Source: an uncultured Planctomycetota bacterium
Lineage (GTDB): Bacteria; Planctomycetota; Planctomycetia; Pirellulales; Lacipirellulaceae
Length of the DNA: 64,000 nt
Reading direction: 5' to 3'
Assembly (NCBI GenBank): GCA_963719315.1
Contig: CAVRBU010000005.1
Location: 128,001 to 192,000, forward strand
Shown here: positions 9,802 through 20,450 of the stretch, piece after piece
Position numbering within the stretch: the stretch's first letter is position 1
How the letters are laid out: every line of letters starts with the position of its first letter
The notes under the pieces: model-generated
Seen by the model: only the letters and a program-made list of their open reading frames with translations
Database searches by the model: none
What the model was told of the DNA's origin: nothing
Program-made: the position numbers and the translations under genes

Positions 9802-10530
9802 ATGTACACCCCATACAGGCGGATCGCGTCGTGCGTAGCCGCGCTGGTCGCTGCCGTGGTATTCGCTGGCCCCGCAGGAGCACAAATGTCGGGAGTGCCT
9901 GCCGGCGTCGGCAACGACCCGCCCGAAGGCCCATTTGTGTTCGACAATGGTATGGCGATGGTAATGAGCCCAACGGGCGGTCCCATTCCCATCACGATCG
10001 ATCCAAACGCTCCGCCGTGGATCAAGACTTTTCAAATCCCGCCCGGCACGACGATTATTCCCGGCCAGACCTTTCCAGTCTGGGAAAAGTTGTTGATTAT
10101 TCCACCGCCGCCCACCAGCGGCCCGCCGTTGCCACTAACAGATTGGCACGAGCACATTCACGGTTCGAATCCGCCCGGTTTGCCGTTTGGCTGGGCAGGT
10201 GGAACCTTGGCTGTTCACAATCCGACAGATCCCGATGGGCTTCCACCACTAGTGCAAGTCCCCGGCATGGTCGATCCAACGGACCCAACTGGTATTTGGT
10301 TTGACATATCTCACTTCCCACCGATACCGATTCCGCCCAACGGCCTGCCGGTTTGGATCCACAAGGAGTTGGTTTACAACGGCGCCGTGGTGCTAACACC
10401 AAGCACAGCCCCGCTCAGTATTGTCGTCTGGGAGCACCCGACCACCACGCCGGAACCCAGCTCGATCGTGTTGGCTGGTCTCGGCGGCTTGGCGTTGCTG
10501 GCCAGGCGACGGCGGCTGGCTCAAAAGTAA
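9802..10530 (+). CDS. Proline-rich secreted PEP-CTERM protein
   Basis: Signal peptide; C-terminal PEPSSIVLAGLGGLALLARRRR. Confidence 0.9.
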   Translation: MYTPYRRIASCVAALVAAVVFAGPAGAQMSGVPAGVGNDPPEGPFVFDNGMAMVMSPTGGPIPITIDPNAPPWIKTFQIPPGTTIIPGQTFPVWEKLLIIPPPPTSGPPLPLTDWHEHIHGSNPPGLPFGWAGGTLAVHNPTDPDGLPPLVQVPGMVDPTDPTGIWFDISHFPPIPIPPNGLPVWIHKELVYNGAVVLTPSTAPLSIVVWEHPTTTPEPSSIVLAGLGGLALLARRRRLAQK

Positions 10531-10711
10531 GTCGCGAATCAACTGCTTTGCGCCAGGTTGTGCGCTTTTGTGCTGACCGTCTGCGCGGTGGATGGGAGCG
10601 GACTTCGCTCCCATTCGCCGTCGGCTGGCATGGATTGCCCTACCATCTCGCAAAGCCGCCTCATAGCGGTGATTCGCCACGGCAGCTCATCGCACTGACT
10701 CCCGCCGGGCA

Positions 10712-11143
10712 TCATTCGATTCTTCCGAGTACGAGAGATAACAACAGCAGGCACAGCACGCCGGCCGTGATGAGCGTGTACACTCGATCGCCCTGATAGA
10801 TAAAGGCGAAGATCGAGACCGCCACGCGTACGACGGGTGTCGCGATTAGCACCAACAGGCCCAGCGTGACGATCGCTTCGCCCCGCAGGTCGCGCAAGCC
10901 GCCGGCCAGCGCGTGGAGCGCATGAGGAAACGGGCTATTTGGCGCCGTCAGTCGTTCAAGCTCGGCGGATTGTGAGAAGTAGGCCGGGTGTTGGACGAAC
11001 GTGATGATCGTCCCCAGGACGATCAGCGATAAGCTGGCGATCACGCCGCCGCGCAGCAAATTGCTGATCAAGAGTTCGACACGGCGAACGCGCGGGTCTA
11101 GCTCGGCGTCGTACGGCGGCAATTTGTTGGCCTGGCTCATCAT
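10712..11143 (-). CDS. DUF1634-type membrane protein
   Basis: LLRGGV...LGLLVLIATPVVRV; ATGA overlap with the upstream TauE stop. Confidence 0.8.
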   Translation of the reverse strand: MMSQANKLPPYDAELDPRVRRVELLISNLLRGGVIASLSLIVLGTIITFVQHPAYFSQSAELERLTAPNSPFPHALHALAGGLRDLRGEAIVTLGLLVLIATPVVRVAVSIFAFIYQGDRVYTLITAGVLCLLLLSLVLGRIE

Positions 11144-11986
11144 CCGCGGATTCCCTTCCACAGCATTTGCGCCGATACAAGCAGCAAAACCGCTACGAAC
11201 ACGATCCGGACCGTCGAGCTTTGCAGTTTGGGCAGCAGCCGCGAACCGCCGACCGCCCCCAACAACACCCCGACCGCCACGGGCGCCGCGATAAACGGAT
11301 CGATTTCGCCGCGCATGAAATAAACTCCGGCGCATAGCGGCCGCCGTGACGCCAATCATGAAATTGCTCGTGGCGGTCGAGACCTTGATCGGCATGTGCA
11401 TCGCCAAATCCATCGCCGGTACCTTCAATGCACCGGAGCCAATGCCCAGCAGCCCACTAATCGCGCCTGCGACGTACATCAACGCCAATCCGATCCGCGT
11501 GCTCACCACGCGATAGACGATTTCCCGGCCCAGACGCTCGTCGTAGTAGCTGCCATGAAGCCGCAAGTAATCGGCCCACGGCGCCGGTTTGGCAACCACC
11601 CGCTCGAATTCAGGATCTCGAAGTTTGCGAATCATCACCAGCGAGGAGTACCCCAGCACCACGCCGAAGATGATGTACAGCCAGCGGGCATTCAGCAGCC
11701 CGGCCAGATATGCGCCCGTGAGGGCGCCGGACGTTGTCGCCAACTCCAGCACCATGGCGACGCGCATGTTCGTGAGCCGATCGCGAACGTAGGATGCCGC
11801 CGCGCCGCTGGAGGTCGCAATCACGGACACGATCGACGCCCCGATTGCGTAGCGAATGTCGATGTGAAACAGCAGCGTGAGGGCGGGGATCACGATCACG
11901 CCGCCGCCCAGGCCGAGCAGCGAACCCAGAGCGCCGGCCGCAATGGAAATCACAAACGCCAGGACAGCGAATTCAAGGGGAGTCAT
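11140..11986 (-). CDS. TauE/SafE sulfite-exporter family protein, frameshift near 11335
   Basis: GSLLGLGGG, SGLLGIGSG, STATSNFMIG; C-terminus continues in the frame of ORF 11140-11355. Confidence 0.85.
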
Positions 11987-12075
11987 CGCGCGACAGGCTC
12001 AGTTGTGGCCGCATCACGGACAGTATTCCCATCAGATCTAGCGGCCGAGCGAAGCGTAATCTAGGACTTCCCAGA

Positions 12076-13488
12076 CTACAAGCCGCGTCGATGGCCGCCG
12101 GCGGGACGGCGGCGGCGCTGGATTCGTTTCGCGGGCCTACCACCACCGCCAGTCGTAGCGGATGCGTATTCACGCGCCGGGCCGCGTGGTTTGGATGCGG
12201 CGCCGCGTGACGGTCGTGCGCCCGCTCGCGGCCCGTTGGATCTCGCCCTGCCTTGATACGGTTGATCGTGTTGGCCGCCAGCCTCGCGTTTGTAGACGGG
12301 CTGGTCCTGTTCGACGTGAATTGTCTGGCGCGTGAGGCGTTCGATTTGTCGAAGTTGATCGCGCTCGTGGCGGCCACAGAACGATGTGGCGATTCCGGTC
12401 GCGCCGGCTCGACCCGTGCGGCCGATGCGGTGGACGTAAATCTCAGCCACCTCGGGCAATTCGTAGTTAATCACGTGCGAGATGCCCTGCACGTCCAAGC
12501 CACGGGCGGCGATGTCGGTCGCCACCAGCACCGGCGGGCGGTTCGATTTGAACGCATCCAGTGTGCGTTGCCGCACGCTTTGGCTCTTGTTGCCGTGGAT
12601 GGCCGCGGCGCGAATGCCGGAGCGGTCCAGGTGCTTCACGATCTTGTCGGCCCCGTGCTTCGTGCGGGCGAATACGAGCGTGCGGGTGAAGGCCGTGTTC
12701 TGCAGAAAGTGTACCAGCAATTGAGGCTTGTTCTGTTGCTCGACGAAGTACACCGAATGCTCCACCAACTCCGCCGGCGTGGCGACGGGGGCCACTTGAA
12801 TATGCGTCGGATCGTTGAGCCACTCGCTGGCCAGCTTGCGAATTTCCGGCGGCATCGTGGCCGAGAACATCAGCGTTTGACGGTTTTTCGGCACAGTAGC
12901 CACGATTTTCCGCAACGGCACGATGAAGCCCATGTCCAGCATCTGGTCGGCTTCGTCGAGAATCAGAATCTCGACGTTCCGCAGATTGATGTGGCCCTGC
13001 TCCATCAGGTCGAGCAGCCGGCCGGGCGTGGCCACGAGCACGTCGACACCGTTCTGCAAGGCCTTGACCTGCGAACCCTGCCCGACGCCGCCGTACACCA
13101 CGGTGTAACGCAGGCCGGTGAATTGGCCGTAGGTCTTGAAGCTTTGCCCGATCTGCACGGCCAGTTCGCGCGTGGGCGCGAGGATCAGCGAACGAATTGG
13201 TCGTCGATCGGCCCGCGGATACGAATCGCGAGACTTGCCGTTTGTTTTGTTTTTCGGCACCGAGCCGTTGGCAAGCGCCGGACTGACGCTGGTGCTCAAA
13301 CGATGCAGCGTGGGCAGCGCGAACGCGGCTGTTTTGCCGGTGCCGGTTTGGGCGCAACCCATCAGGTCGCACCCGGCGAGCACGGGCGGAATCGCCTGCA
13401 GTTGGATCGGCGTCGCCGTGTGATAGCCCTCGGCGCGAACGGCGCGAAGCAGCGAGTCGGCGAGGCCCAGTTGATCAAAAGTTTCCAC
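12076..13488 (-). CDS. DEAD-box RNA helicase (RhlE-like)
   Basis: Q motif, AQTGTGKT, DEAD, SAT, HRIGRTGR. Confidence 0.96.
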   Translation of the reverse strand: METFDQLGLADSLLRAVRAEGYHTATPIQLQAIPPVLAGCDLMGCAQTGTGKTAAFALPTLHRLSTSVSPALANGSVPKNKTNGKSRDSYPRADRRPIRSLILAPTRELAVQIGQSFKTYGQFTGLRYTVVYGGVGQGSQVKALQNGVDVLVATPGRLLDLMEQGHINLRNVEILILDEADQMLDMGFIVPLRKIVATVPKNRQTLMFSATMPPEIRKLASEWLNDPTHIQVAPVATPAELVEHSVYFVEQQNKPQLLVHFLQNTAFTRTLVFARTKHGADKIVKHLDRSGIRAAAIHGNKSQSVRQRTLDAFKSNRPPVLVATDIAARGLDVQGISHVINYELPEVAEIYVHRIGRTGRAGATGIATSFCGRHERDQLRQIERLTRQTIHVEQDQPVYKREAGGQHDQPYQGRARSNGPRAGARPSRGAASKPRGPAREYASATTGGGGRPAKRIQRRRRPAGGHRRGL

Positions 13489-13854
13489 AGATTGTACTTT
13501 CTTCCCTCACAGGGAACTTGTCTTGCTTGCGACGCAGACCTAGCGCGGAGCGGAAGTATCGTCGCAATGCTGATTACGAAAAAGGCTCGACCGCTGAACA
13601 TCAGCAGGAACCCAGAGGAGCAAGAGAATCAGTCGCGGTCGTAAGCAAGAGATACCGGGGCGTTGTATTGGAGGCCCCGATGGCCGCTGCAATCGAATTC
13701 GAATGAACCTGGCTCGGCAAGTTGCCAACGCCGGTCTCGCACCTAAGTTGTTATTCCAAGGATAGCACAAACGGGGGGCCGGTCAAGAGCGATTCGGCCT
13801 GCCAGCAGGTAAAGTACCACAATTCCGCTCGATTTGTGGAGGATATGCGCGGAG

Positions 13855-14463
13855 TCATGGAAAAGCGCTGCACTTGCACTCCCACTCAAGCTTTTCTGCC
13901 AGCACCATTTGAGTCACTTCGTCCCATGTGTTGGCCCGCGGGTCGGGCAGGTGCTCATTCGTGGAGTTCGTGAAGACGATCGTTTTGGCCCCTTCGGCCC
14001 GCAACCGCTCGACGTTCGTCGGCGAATCTTCGACGTACAGGTCGGCGCCGACCGCCGTTTTTTCTTGCATGAAACACAAGTCCCAATAGGGAATATCGTG
14101 CCGGTCGAGCCACTGGATCGTCTGACTGACCGCAATCTGGTGGAAGTATTTGATGAACAATCGATGCGTGATGATGCGGATTCGCACGCCGGATTTCGAC
14201 AGCTTACGCAGCGCCTGCGGCGCTCGGGCGGTCGGCGGAAGCTTCAGGAAAAGCTCTCGCTGCATCACGGCGAATTTGTGGAGTGCGTCGTAGCCGCCCG
14301 GCGCTTGATCGACTCCCCACTCCGCGAGCCCCCACGATACGCGCTCGGGCAGCGAGTCGAGCGCAACACCCAACCACTCGGCCGCAATCGGCCGTAGGCC
14401 GCCATAAAAATCAGCGACGACGCCGTCGAGGTCGACGCCAAAAACGAAGGAACTATCTGCCAT
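13855..14463 (-). CDS. HAD-family 5'(3')-nucleotidase (NT5C-like)
   Basis: DLDGV motif, YVEDSP. Confidence 0.85.
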   Translation of the reverse strand: MADSSFVFGVDLDGVVADFYGGLRPIAAEWLGVALDSLPERVSWGLAEWGVDQAPGGYDALHKFAVMQRELFLKLPPTARAPQALRKLSKSGVRIRIITHRLFIKYFHQIAVSQTIQWLDRHDIPYWDLCFMQEKTAVGADLYVEDSPTNVERLRAEGAKTIVFTNSTNEHLPDPRANTWDEVTQMVLAEKLEWECKCSAFP

Positions 14464-14470
14464 GTCATGA

Positions 14471-14549
14471 AGGATACAGGATGCAGGATGCGGGGGCAGG
14501 GATGGCGTTCCATTGCCTTGCCCCTGCCTCCCGCATCCTCAATCCTCAA
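14471..14549. repeat. Inverted heptamer array, (AGGATGC)n family
   Basis: AGGATACAGGATGCAGGATGCGGG...CCCGCATCCTCAATCCTCAA abutting the fusA stop. Confidence 0.75.
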
Positions 14550-16680
14550 TTACGACTCTCCCAAAAACTTCTGCAACACATCTTCCGGCGCCGGCGCGTA
14601 CGTGCTCGGTTCCATCGAGCAACTGGCCCGGCCTTGGCTGAGCGAGCGCATTGCGCTGGAGTAGCCGAACAAGTTGGCGAGCGGCGCCTCGGCATGCAGC
14701 ACGGTAGCCGTGCCGCGCGATTCGGTGCTGTGGATAATTGCGCGGCGCTGTTGCAAATCGCCCACGAGGTCGCCGACGTGCTCGTCCGGCGTGCTGATTT
14801 CGAGCTTCATAATGGGCTCGAGCAGCACCGGCCCAGCGGCCCGCAGCGCTTGATCGAAAGCGTGGTTCGTGGCGGTGTGGAAGGCAATTTCGGACGGGCC
14901 GTTCTCGCCTACCTCGCCGCCAAGTACGGTCACTTTCAGCCGCATCAACGGGAAACCCAGCAGGCCGCCACCCTGCCCTGAGCTTTCCAGTTCTTCGAGC
15001 ACGACGGTGAGCATGTCGCTCGGCAGACCATGCTGCGGCGAATTTGTCACCGTGACCGGCCCAAGGCCCTTTTCGAACGGTTCGACTCGCACTCGCACTT
15101 TTGCCGCGTGATTCGTGCCCTGAATCATACGGCTGCATTCGCCGACCGCCTCGGCCGACCGCGCAACGGTTTCGCGATAGCTCACCCGAGGTTTGTGAAC
15201 CTTCACATTCAGGCGATAATCGCGCTGCAATTTGTGCTGCACGATTTCCAGGTGCAACTCGCCCATGCCGCTGATGAGCGTTTGGCCCGTTTCGGGATTT
15301 TCTTCAGCGCGGAATGTGGGGTCCTGCTTGCGAAGCATGGTCAACGTCTCGGCCAGCTTCTTGCGGTCCTCCGTGCTCTCGGCTTCGATCGCCATCGAGA
15401 TGACCGTTTCCGGAAAATCGATCGACGCCAACAGAATCGGTTCGCGTGTGTCGCACAGTGTGTCGCCCGTGATCGAATCACGCAGGCCGATGACGCCGAC
15501 GATGTCGCCCGCGCGGGCTGAATCGAGCTGCTCGTCCTTCTTGCTGGCGTGAATTCGCCAGAGCTGGGCAACGTTCTCCTTCTTATCGCGCGTCGAATTC
15601 AATACGCGCGAATTCGGGTCCAAAGTGCCGGAGTAGACGCGCACCCATGAAAGGTCACCCGTTTTGTAGGGCTGAATCTTGAAGACGAGCCCGCAAAACG
15701 GCTCGGTGGGATCTGGCTTGCGGCGAATCGTGTTTGTTTGCTCGCCGCCACATTCGGCCGCCTTTCCTTTCCCCTTGTGCTTATGCTGCAAGTCCACGCC
15801 CTCGACCGGCGGAACATCGGTCGGGTTCGGCAGGTACGCCGCCACCGCATCGAGAATCGGCGCCACCCCCACGCCGTGCAACGCGGAACCGCACAGCACG
15901 GGTTGAATCTGAAGGTGCACCGTCGCCTCGCGGAGAACCTTGTGAATGAGCGATTCCGGAATCGGCTCTTCGGCTAGCGCCAACTCCATCAATTCGTTGC
16001 TGTAATTGTAGAGCGATTCGAGCAACTTCTCACGCCATAGTTGGGCCTCGCTGGCAAGCTCGTCGTCGGGGATCTCGGCCGCGATGATCTTATTGCCTTC
16101 CTTGCCCTCCGGGAAAGTAAGCAGCTTCATTCGCACGAGGTCGATCACGCCGCAAAATGGATTGGCCGTATGGGCAGGCCCCAACCCAACGGGAATTTGC
16201 AGCGCGACCGGATTCGCGTCCAGCCGGCTGCCGATTTCCGTGAACACTGCTTCGAAATCGGCGCCTTCGCGGTCGAGCTTGTTGATGAACGCCAGCCGCG
16301 GCACTTTGTACTTATTGGCCTGCCGCCACACCGTTTCGCTCTGCGCCTCGACACCCTCCCGGGCGCTGAAACACCACCACGCCGCCATCCAGCACGCGCA
16401 GGCTCCGCTCCACCTCGGCCGTGAAATCGACGTGGCCCGGCGTATCGATGAGGTTGATGATGACGTCCTTCCACGGAAACTGCACGCAAGCCGAATAAAT
16501 CGTGATGCCGCGCTCGGCCTCCTCCGGATCGTCATCCGTCGTCGTAGTACCCCGATCCACCTCGCCCGCACGATGCTTAGCACCACTGGCAAAGAGCATC
16601 CGCTCCGTGACCGTGGTCTTCCCGGCATCGATGTGAGCAATGATGCCGATGTTGCGAATTTTTTCGAGAGGGGGAGTCAT
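14550..16680 (-). CDS. fusA: Elongation factor G (divergent domain IV), +1 frameshift near 16370
   Basis: [23 protein letters not shown]; one extra T in GTGTTTCAGC breaks VVVFSA. Confidence 0.9.
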
Positions 16681-16703
16681 TAGCCTTAAAGCGCAACGCT
16701 CGC

Positions 16704-17022
16704 TTAGGGTTGTTCGTATGTGATCGTTTTTAGATGTGACGTTAGCGGGCTCGGTGCAGGCAAATCAGCTGACCCAAATGGTGTTTCGAGCGGAGCATTG
16801 AGGTCCAAGTAATGAAAGAAAAACGCAAACGTTGTGTGACCTTTTATTTCCAACCTTCTCTCATCATACGCGACTTGCCAATTGGCTTTAGGCTGATTGG
16901 CTATCGCTTGCGCTACTTTTCCAAAATCGAATAGCGTCAGACCCCATTACTTCGATTTCAATTAAATGCACCGGCTCGCTCGCGGCTACCGAATGTACAC
17001 CCAAGACCTTGATCTGCGTCAT
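16704..17022 (-). CDS. Hypothetical protein of about 105 aa, frameshift near 16932
   Basis: [18 protein letters not shown]...; shifted frame FDFGKVAQ...NWQVAYDE...AFFFHYLDL...YEQP stop. Confidence 0.6.
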
Positions 17023-17091
17023 CAAACACCTCACAAGCGTGCGCAAAGCGCGTAAAAAAAGCCGGGGACCAAAGGCTGAGGCTCGTTTGAA

Positions 17092-17126
17092 CCCCAGCCC
17101 CCAGTCCCCAGCCTCCAGTCCCCCGA
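17092..17126. repeat. Heptamer array (CCAGTCC/CCAGCCC)n, single arm
   Basis: CCCCAGCCCCCAGTCCCCAGCCTCCAGTCCCC directly after the rpsG stop. Confidence 0.7.
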
Positions 17127-17597
17127 CTACCACGCAAAATGCGCGAACGCCTTGTTGGCATCCGCCATGCGATGCACGTTTTCGCGGCGGCTGACGGCCG
17201 CGCCTTCGCGATTGAACGCGGCCACGAACTCATCGGCCAGTTTCTGAGCCGTGGGCCGGCCTTTCTTTTCGCGGATCGCCAACAGCACCCAGCGGATCGC
17301 CAGCGACTGTTGCCGCGTGCGGTTCACCTGCATTGGGACCTGATAGGCGGCGCCACCGACACGCTTGCTGCGGACTTCGATCGAAGGCTTCACGTGCTCC
17401 AGGGCCTGCGTGAAAACCTCGATCGGCTCCTTATCCGGCACGCGCTTCTTCACGATTTCGAGCGCATCATAAAACACGTTCTGCGCAACGCTTTTCTTGC
17501 CGTCGTACATGAGCGTGTTGATGAACTTCGAAGCCAGGAGCGAGCCGTACAACGGATCGGGCTTGAGCTGTTTGCGGCTGGAGGTGATTCTTCCCAT
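17127..17597 (-). CDS. rpsG: 30S ribosomal protein S7
   Basis: [28 protein letters not shown]. Confidence 0.99.
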   Translation of the reverse strand: MGRITSSRKQLKPDPLYGSLLASKFINTLMYDGKKSVAQNVFYDALEIVKKRVPDKEPIEVFTQALEHVKPSIEVRSKRVGGAAYQVPMQVNRTRQQSLAIRWVLLAIREKKGRPTAQKLADEFVAAFNREGAAVSRRENVHRMADANKAFAHFAW

Positions 17598-17631
17598 GGA
17601 CTAATTGGCTTATCGATTTTGCTTAAGTTCT

Positions 17632-17712
17632 ATTTGTCATTGCAAATTTGTAATTTGTCATTGGCCATTTCCGAAATGACCAATTTCAAATGACAGCCGA
17701 CCAATGACCAAT
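17632..17712. repeat. Empty inverted heptamer element (AATGACA family)
   Basis: Two 40-bp arms separated by 1 nt; 37/40 and 31/40 identical to the arms at 30060-30099 and 30504-30543. Confidence 0.9.
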
Positions 17713-17716
17713 CCGA

Positions 17717-18085
17717 TTACGATTTCTTCGCGCCATACCGGCTGCGCGATTTCTTGCGGCCTTGTACGCCCAGCGTATCGCGGGCACCGCGGACGACCTG
17801 GTACCGCACGCCCGGCAAGTCGCGAATACGACCGCCGCGCACGAGTACGATGCTATGCTCCTGCAGCGAATGGCCTTCGCCCGGGATGTACACGGTGACT
17901 TCCTTGCCGTTGGATAGCCGCACGCGAGTGATCTTCCGCAGCGCGGAGTTCGGCTTCTTGGGCGTCATCGTCCGCACCAACAGACACACGCCGCGCTTCT
18001 GCGGGCACTTATCCAACACGGGCGACTTTGAAAACTTCCGCTTCGCCCTCCGCCGCCGGCGGACGAGTTGATTCACGGTCGGCAT
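17717..18085 (-). CDS. rpsL: 30S ribosomal protein S12
   Basis: MPTVNQL...[11 protein letters not shown]...RDLPGVRY. Confidence 0.99.
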   Translation of the reverse strand: MPTVNQLVRRRRRAKRKFSKSPVLDKCPQKRGVCLLVRTMTPKKPNSALRKITRVRLSNGKEVTVYIPGEGHSLQEHSIVLVRGGRIRDLPGVRYQVVRGARDTLGVQGRKKSRSRYGAKKS

Positions 18086-18133
18086 AACTAGCCTTCTATC
18101 GGGGCATTCGACCAAAACGCGTAGAAACCAATA

Positions 18134-18161
18134 AGTTTACGCCTTTTGAGGGGGCCGTCAA
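18134..18161 (-). promoter_or_regulatory. Putative rpsL promoter
   Basis: TTGACG-16-TAAACT. Confidence 0.5.
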
Positions 18162-18458
18162 GGGCGGGAACGTGATGCCAGCCAGCGATTCAACGATCCT
18201 TCGCTCTCGCCGCTGCGACGCCCAGCTAAAAGACCCTCCACCCCAAGATGCTCGTCTAAGTCGGGCCATTCGATCGCATAGCCATCGCCCAAAATTTGCA
18301 AATTCTGCCGTTCGGCATTGGATCCGTGAAGAAGCCGAGGGTACCACGCCAACGGCACGGCAAAAACTACGACCGTCCGCCAACTCGACGACCAGTTGAT
18401 CAGCGTTCAGGCTCACATTCACCACGATCGGGTCTACTTCAAGCACCAAAGTAGTCAT
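18158..18458 (-). CDS. DUF2442-type protein, frameshift near 18362
   Basis: LVVELADGR / VPLAWYPRL...IEWPDLDEHL. Confidence 0.8.
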
Positions 18459-18560
18459 GCCACGCCTCAATAATGGTCTGTTGATATTGTACCGCGAATC
18501 GCTCCAACTCGTTCAGTTCATGGACCGCAATCCACGATTCTTGGCGAGTGAAATCGGCTC
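18439..18560 (-). pseudogene. C-terminal remnant of a DUF4160-type partner gene
   Basis: ...HELNELERFAVQYQQTIIEAWHDYFGA stop; no 5' half. Confidence 0.6.
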
Positions 18561-18572
18561 GCCGTAAGCTAG

Positions 18573-19670
18573 CTACTCAATCTTCGCTTTCGACGCCACT
18601 TCGGGCGTCGCCGACGCATCCACAAACACATCCACTTGCTGCCCGACGAACAGCCGTTTGTCGCCTCCGTCCACGGCGTAGATAACTTGCAGCACGCGCG
18701 TATCGACCCGCTCCGTGTTGTCACCCGTGAGCGATTTTTTGGGAATCACATAGGGCTCGATCCGCACGAATCGCAGCGGGAAGAAATCCTTCGATTGCCC
18801 TTTGAGCGCGGCCTTGGCCGGCGCACCAGGCTTGAAACGCGGAATGTCGTACTCGTCGATATCGACGCGCACGTGAAGTTGCTTCGTGCTGCCGAGCACG
18901 ATGAGCGCCTTGTCGGGCGGCGCACCGACGAACTCGCCCGGCCGCACGTTCACTTGCAGCACCTCGCCGTCGACGAGGGCCTTTACCGTCAGCCGATCCA
19001 CTTCGATTTGGGCCTCCTCGACCTGCGCCTTTTCGCGATCGACCGCCGTTTTGGCAACGTGTAGCTCGGGTTGCCAAGTGCCGGCTTTCAGCAGATTGTA
19101 GTCGGCGACCGCTTTATTGTAGCGCTCGCGGGCGGCGATGGCGTTCTGCTTACGCTCCTGAAATTCCTCCTCCGACATCGTCCGATCGGTCACGAGCTTT
19201 TCGCCGCGGGCCCATTGCTGTTCCCAGTTGTCCCAATCGGCTTTGGCCTCGCGAACTTTGGCCTCGGCGGCGGGAAGTTCTTCCGGTCGCGGCATCGATT
19301 CCAGGCGTTCGAGCGAAGCCATCGTGTCGGCGAGCATTGCCTGTCGAACGGCCAGTTCGGCCTTGCGATCGCGATCGTCGATCCGGAACAGCGGCGTTCC
19401 CGCCTTCACACGCTGGCCCACTTTCACGAACACCTCGACCACGATGCCGGGAAGCGGAGCACCGATCGAAATGTTTTCGGTCTCCGGCTCGACCATCCCG
19501 GCGCCGGCTACGGAATTCGGAAACGGGTTTGCCGCCGGTTGAATCGGGGGCGGCACCACCGGCATCCGCTGCGTCGCTTGGGCCATATACCTTACGGCAA
19601 ATGCGATCAGCCCGACGGCTACGATCGGCAACCCAAACTTCGTGAACAGGTTTAGTAGTTTGTTAAGCAT
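18573..19670 (-). CDS. HlyD/DevB-like membrane fusion protein
   Basis: N-terminal TM, lipoyl-like VKVGQRVKAG, coiled coil, RVDTRVLQVIY. Confidence 0.92.
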   Translation of the reverse strand: MLNKLLNLFTKFGLPIVAVGLIAFAVRYMAQATQRMPVVPPPIQPAANPFPNSVAGAGMVEPETENISIGAPLPGIVVEVFVKVGQRVKAGTPLFRIDDRDRKAELAVRQAMLADTMASLERLESMPRPEELPAAEAKVREAKADWDNWEQQWARGEKLVTDRTMSEEEFQERKQNAIAARERYNKAVADYNLLKAGTWQPELHVAKTAVDREKAQVEEAQIEVDRLTVKALVDGEVLQVNVRPGEFVGAPPDKALIVLGSTKQLHVRVDIDEYDIPRFKPGAPAKAALKGQSKDFFPLRFVRIEPYVIPKKSLTGDNTERVDTRVLQVIYAVDGGDKRLFVGQQVDVFVDASATPEVASKAKIE

Positions 19671-19716
19671 GGGAAGAGGCTCTTCATCAATTGCGTTCGC
19701 GGTACGACGCGAACTG

Positions 19717-20445
19717 CTACGCGATTAGTGCGCGCTCCTTTGCGTCTTGTCTTTCCAGCGAAACGATTCGCCCATCGTCCATCCGCGCGAGCGTATCGGC
19801 AAACTCGAAAATGCGGCTGTCGTGCGTGACGATGATCACCGCGCGATCTCCCTCAATGGCGTTGCTCCGCAGCAGTTCCAAGATCGTGTGACCGGTATGG
19901 GCATCGAGCGACGAGGTCGGCTCATCGCACACAAGCAAATGCGGGTGGTGAATGAGCGCGCGGGCGATGGCGACCCGTTGCTGCTGGCCGCCGGAGAGCT
20001 GGCCGGGCAAGTTATTGGCGCGATCAGCCATGCCCATTTTGTCCAACAGTTCATTTGCCGCCGCCAAAGCAGCCCAGCGCGAATACCCCTGAATCACGAG
20101 CGGCACGGCCGCGTTTTCCGCCGCCGTGAGCGCCGGCAGCAGATTGAATTGCTGGAAGACGAAGCCCACGTTCGTCCGGCGAAACGCCGTCCGCCGCCAC
20201 GACGACAGCAGCGTGAGATCGCTGCCCAGTGCGAGCACACTCCCTTTCGTGGGCCGCAGAATGCCAGCCACGATCGAAAGCAGCGTCGTCTTGCCGCAGC
20301 CGCTCGGCCCGACAAGCATGGTTAGCTTGCCGGGATACACTTCGAGATTTACGCCCCGCAGCGCGTGGACTTCGGCGTTGCCGCTGCCGTAGACCTTCAC
20401 GACGTCGCGACATGCGATTAGCGGTTGTGATTTGTCGCCGTTCAT
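19717..20445 (-). CDS. ABC ATP-binding protein (DevA/LolD-like)
   Basis: [21 protein letters not shown]. Confidence 0.95.
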   Translation of the reverse strand: MNGDKSQPLIACRDVVKVYGSGNAEVHALRGVNLEVYPGKLTMLVGPSGCGKTTLLSIVAGILRPTKGSVLALGSDLTLLSSWRRTAFRRTNVGFVFQQFNLLPALTAAENAAVPLVIQGYSRWAALAAANELLDKMGMADRANNLPGQLSGGQQQRVAIARALIHHPHLLVCDEPTSSLDAHTGHTILELLRSNAIEGDRAVIIVTHDSRIFEFADTLARMDDGRIVSLERQDAKERALIA

Positions 20446-20450
20446 CGCGA

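Noticed and set aside
10712..11986. 424-aa TauE-DUF1634 fusion protein
   Set aside because: Artefact of a frameshift near 11335. The repaired TauE ends at 11140 with an ATGA overlap into a separate DUF1634 gene.
16360..16380. Programmed frameshift in fusA
   Set aside because: No canonical slippery site, and it is one of many similar single-base indels; sequencing error is more parsimonious.
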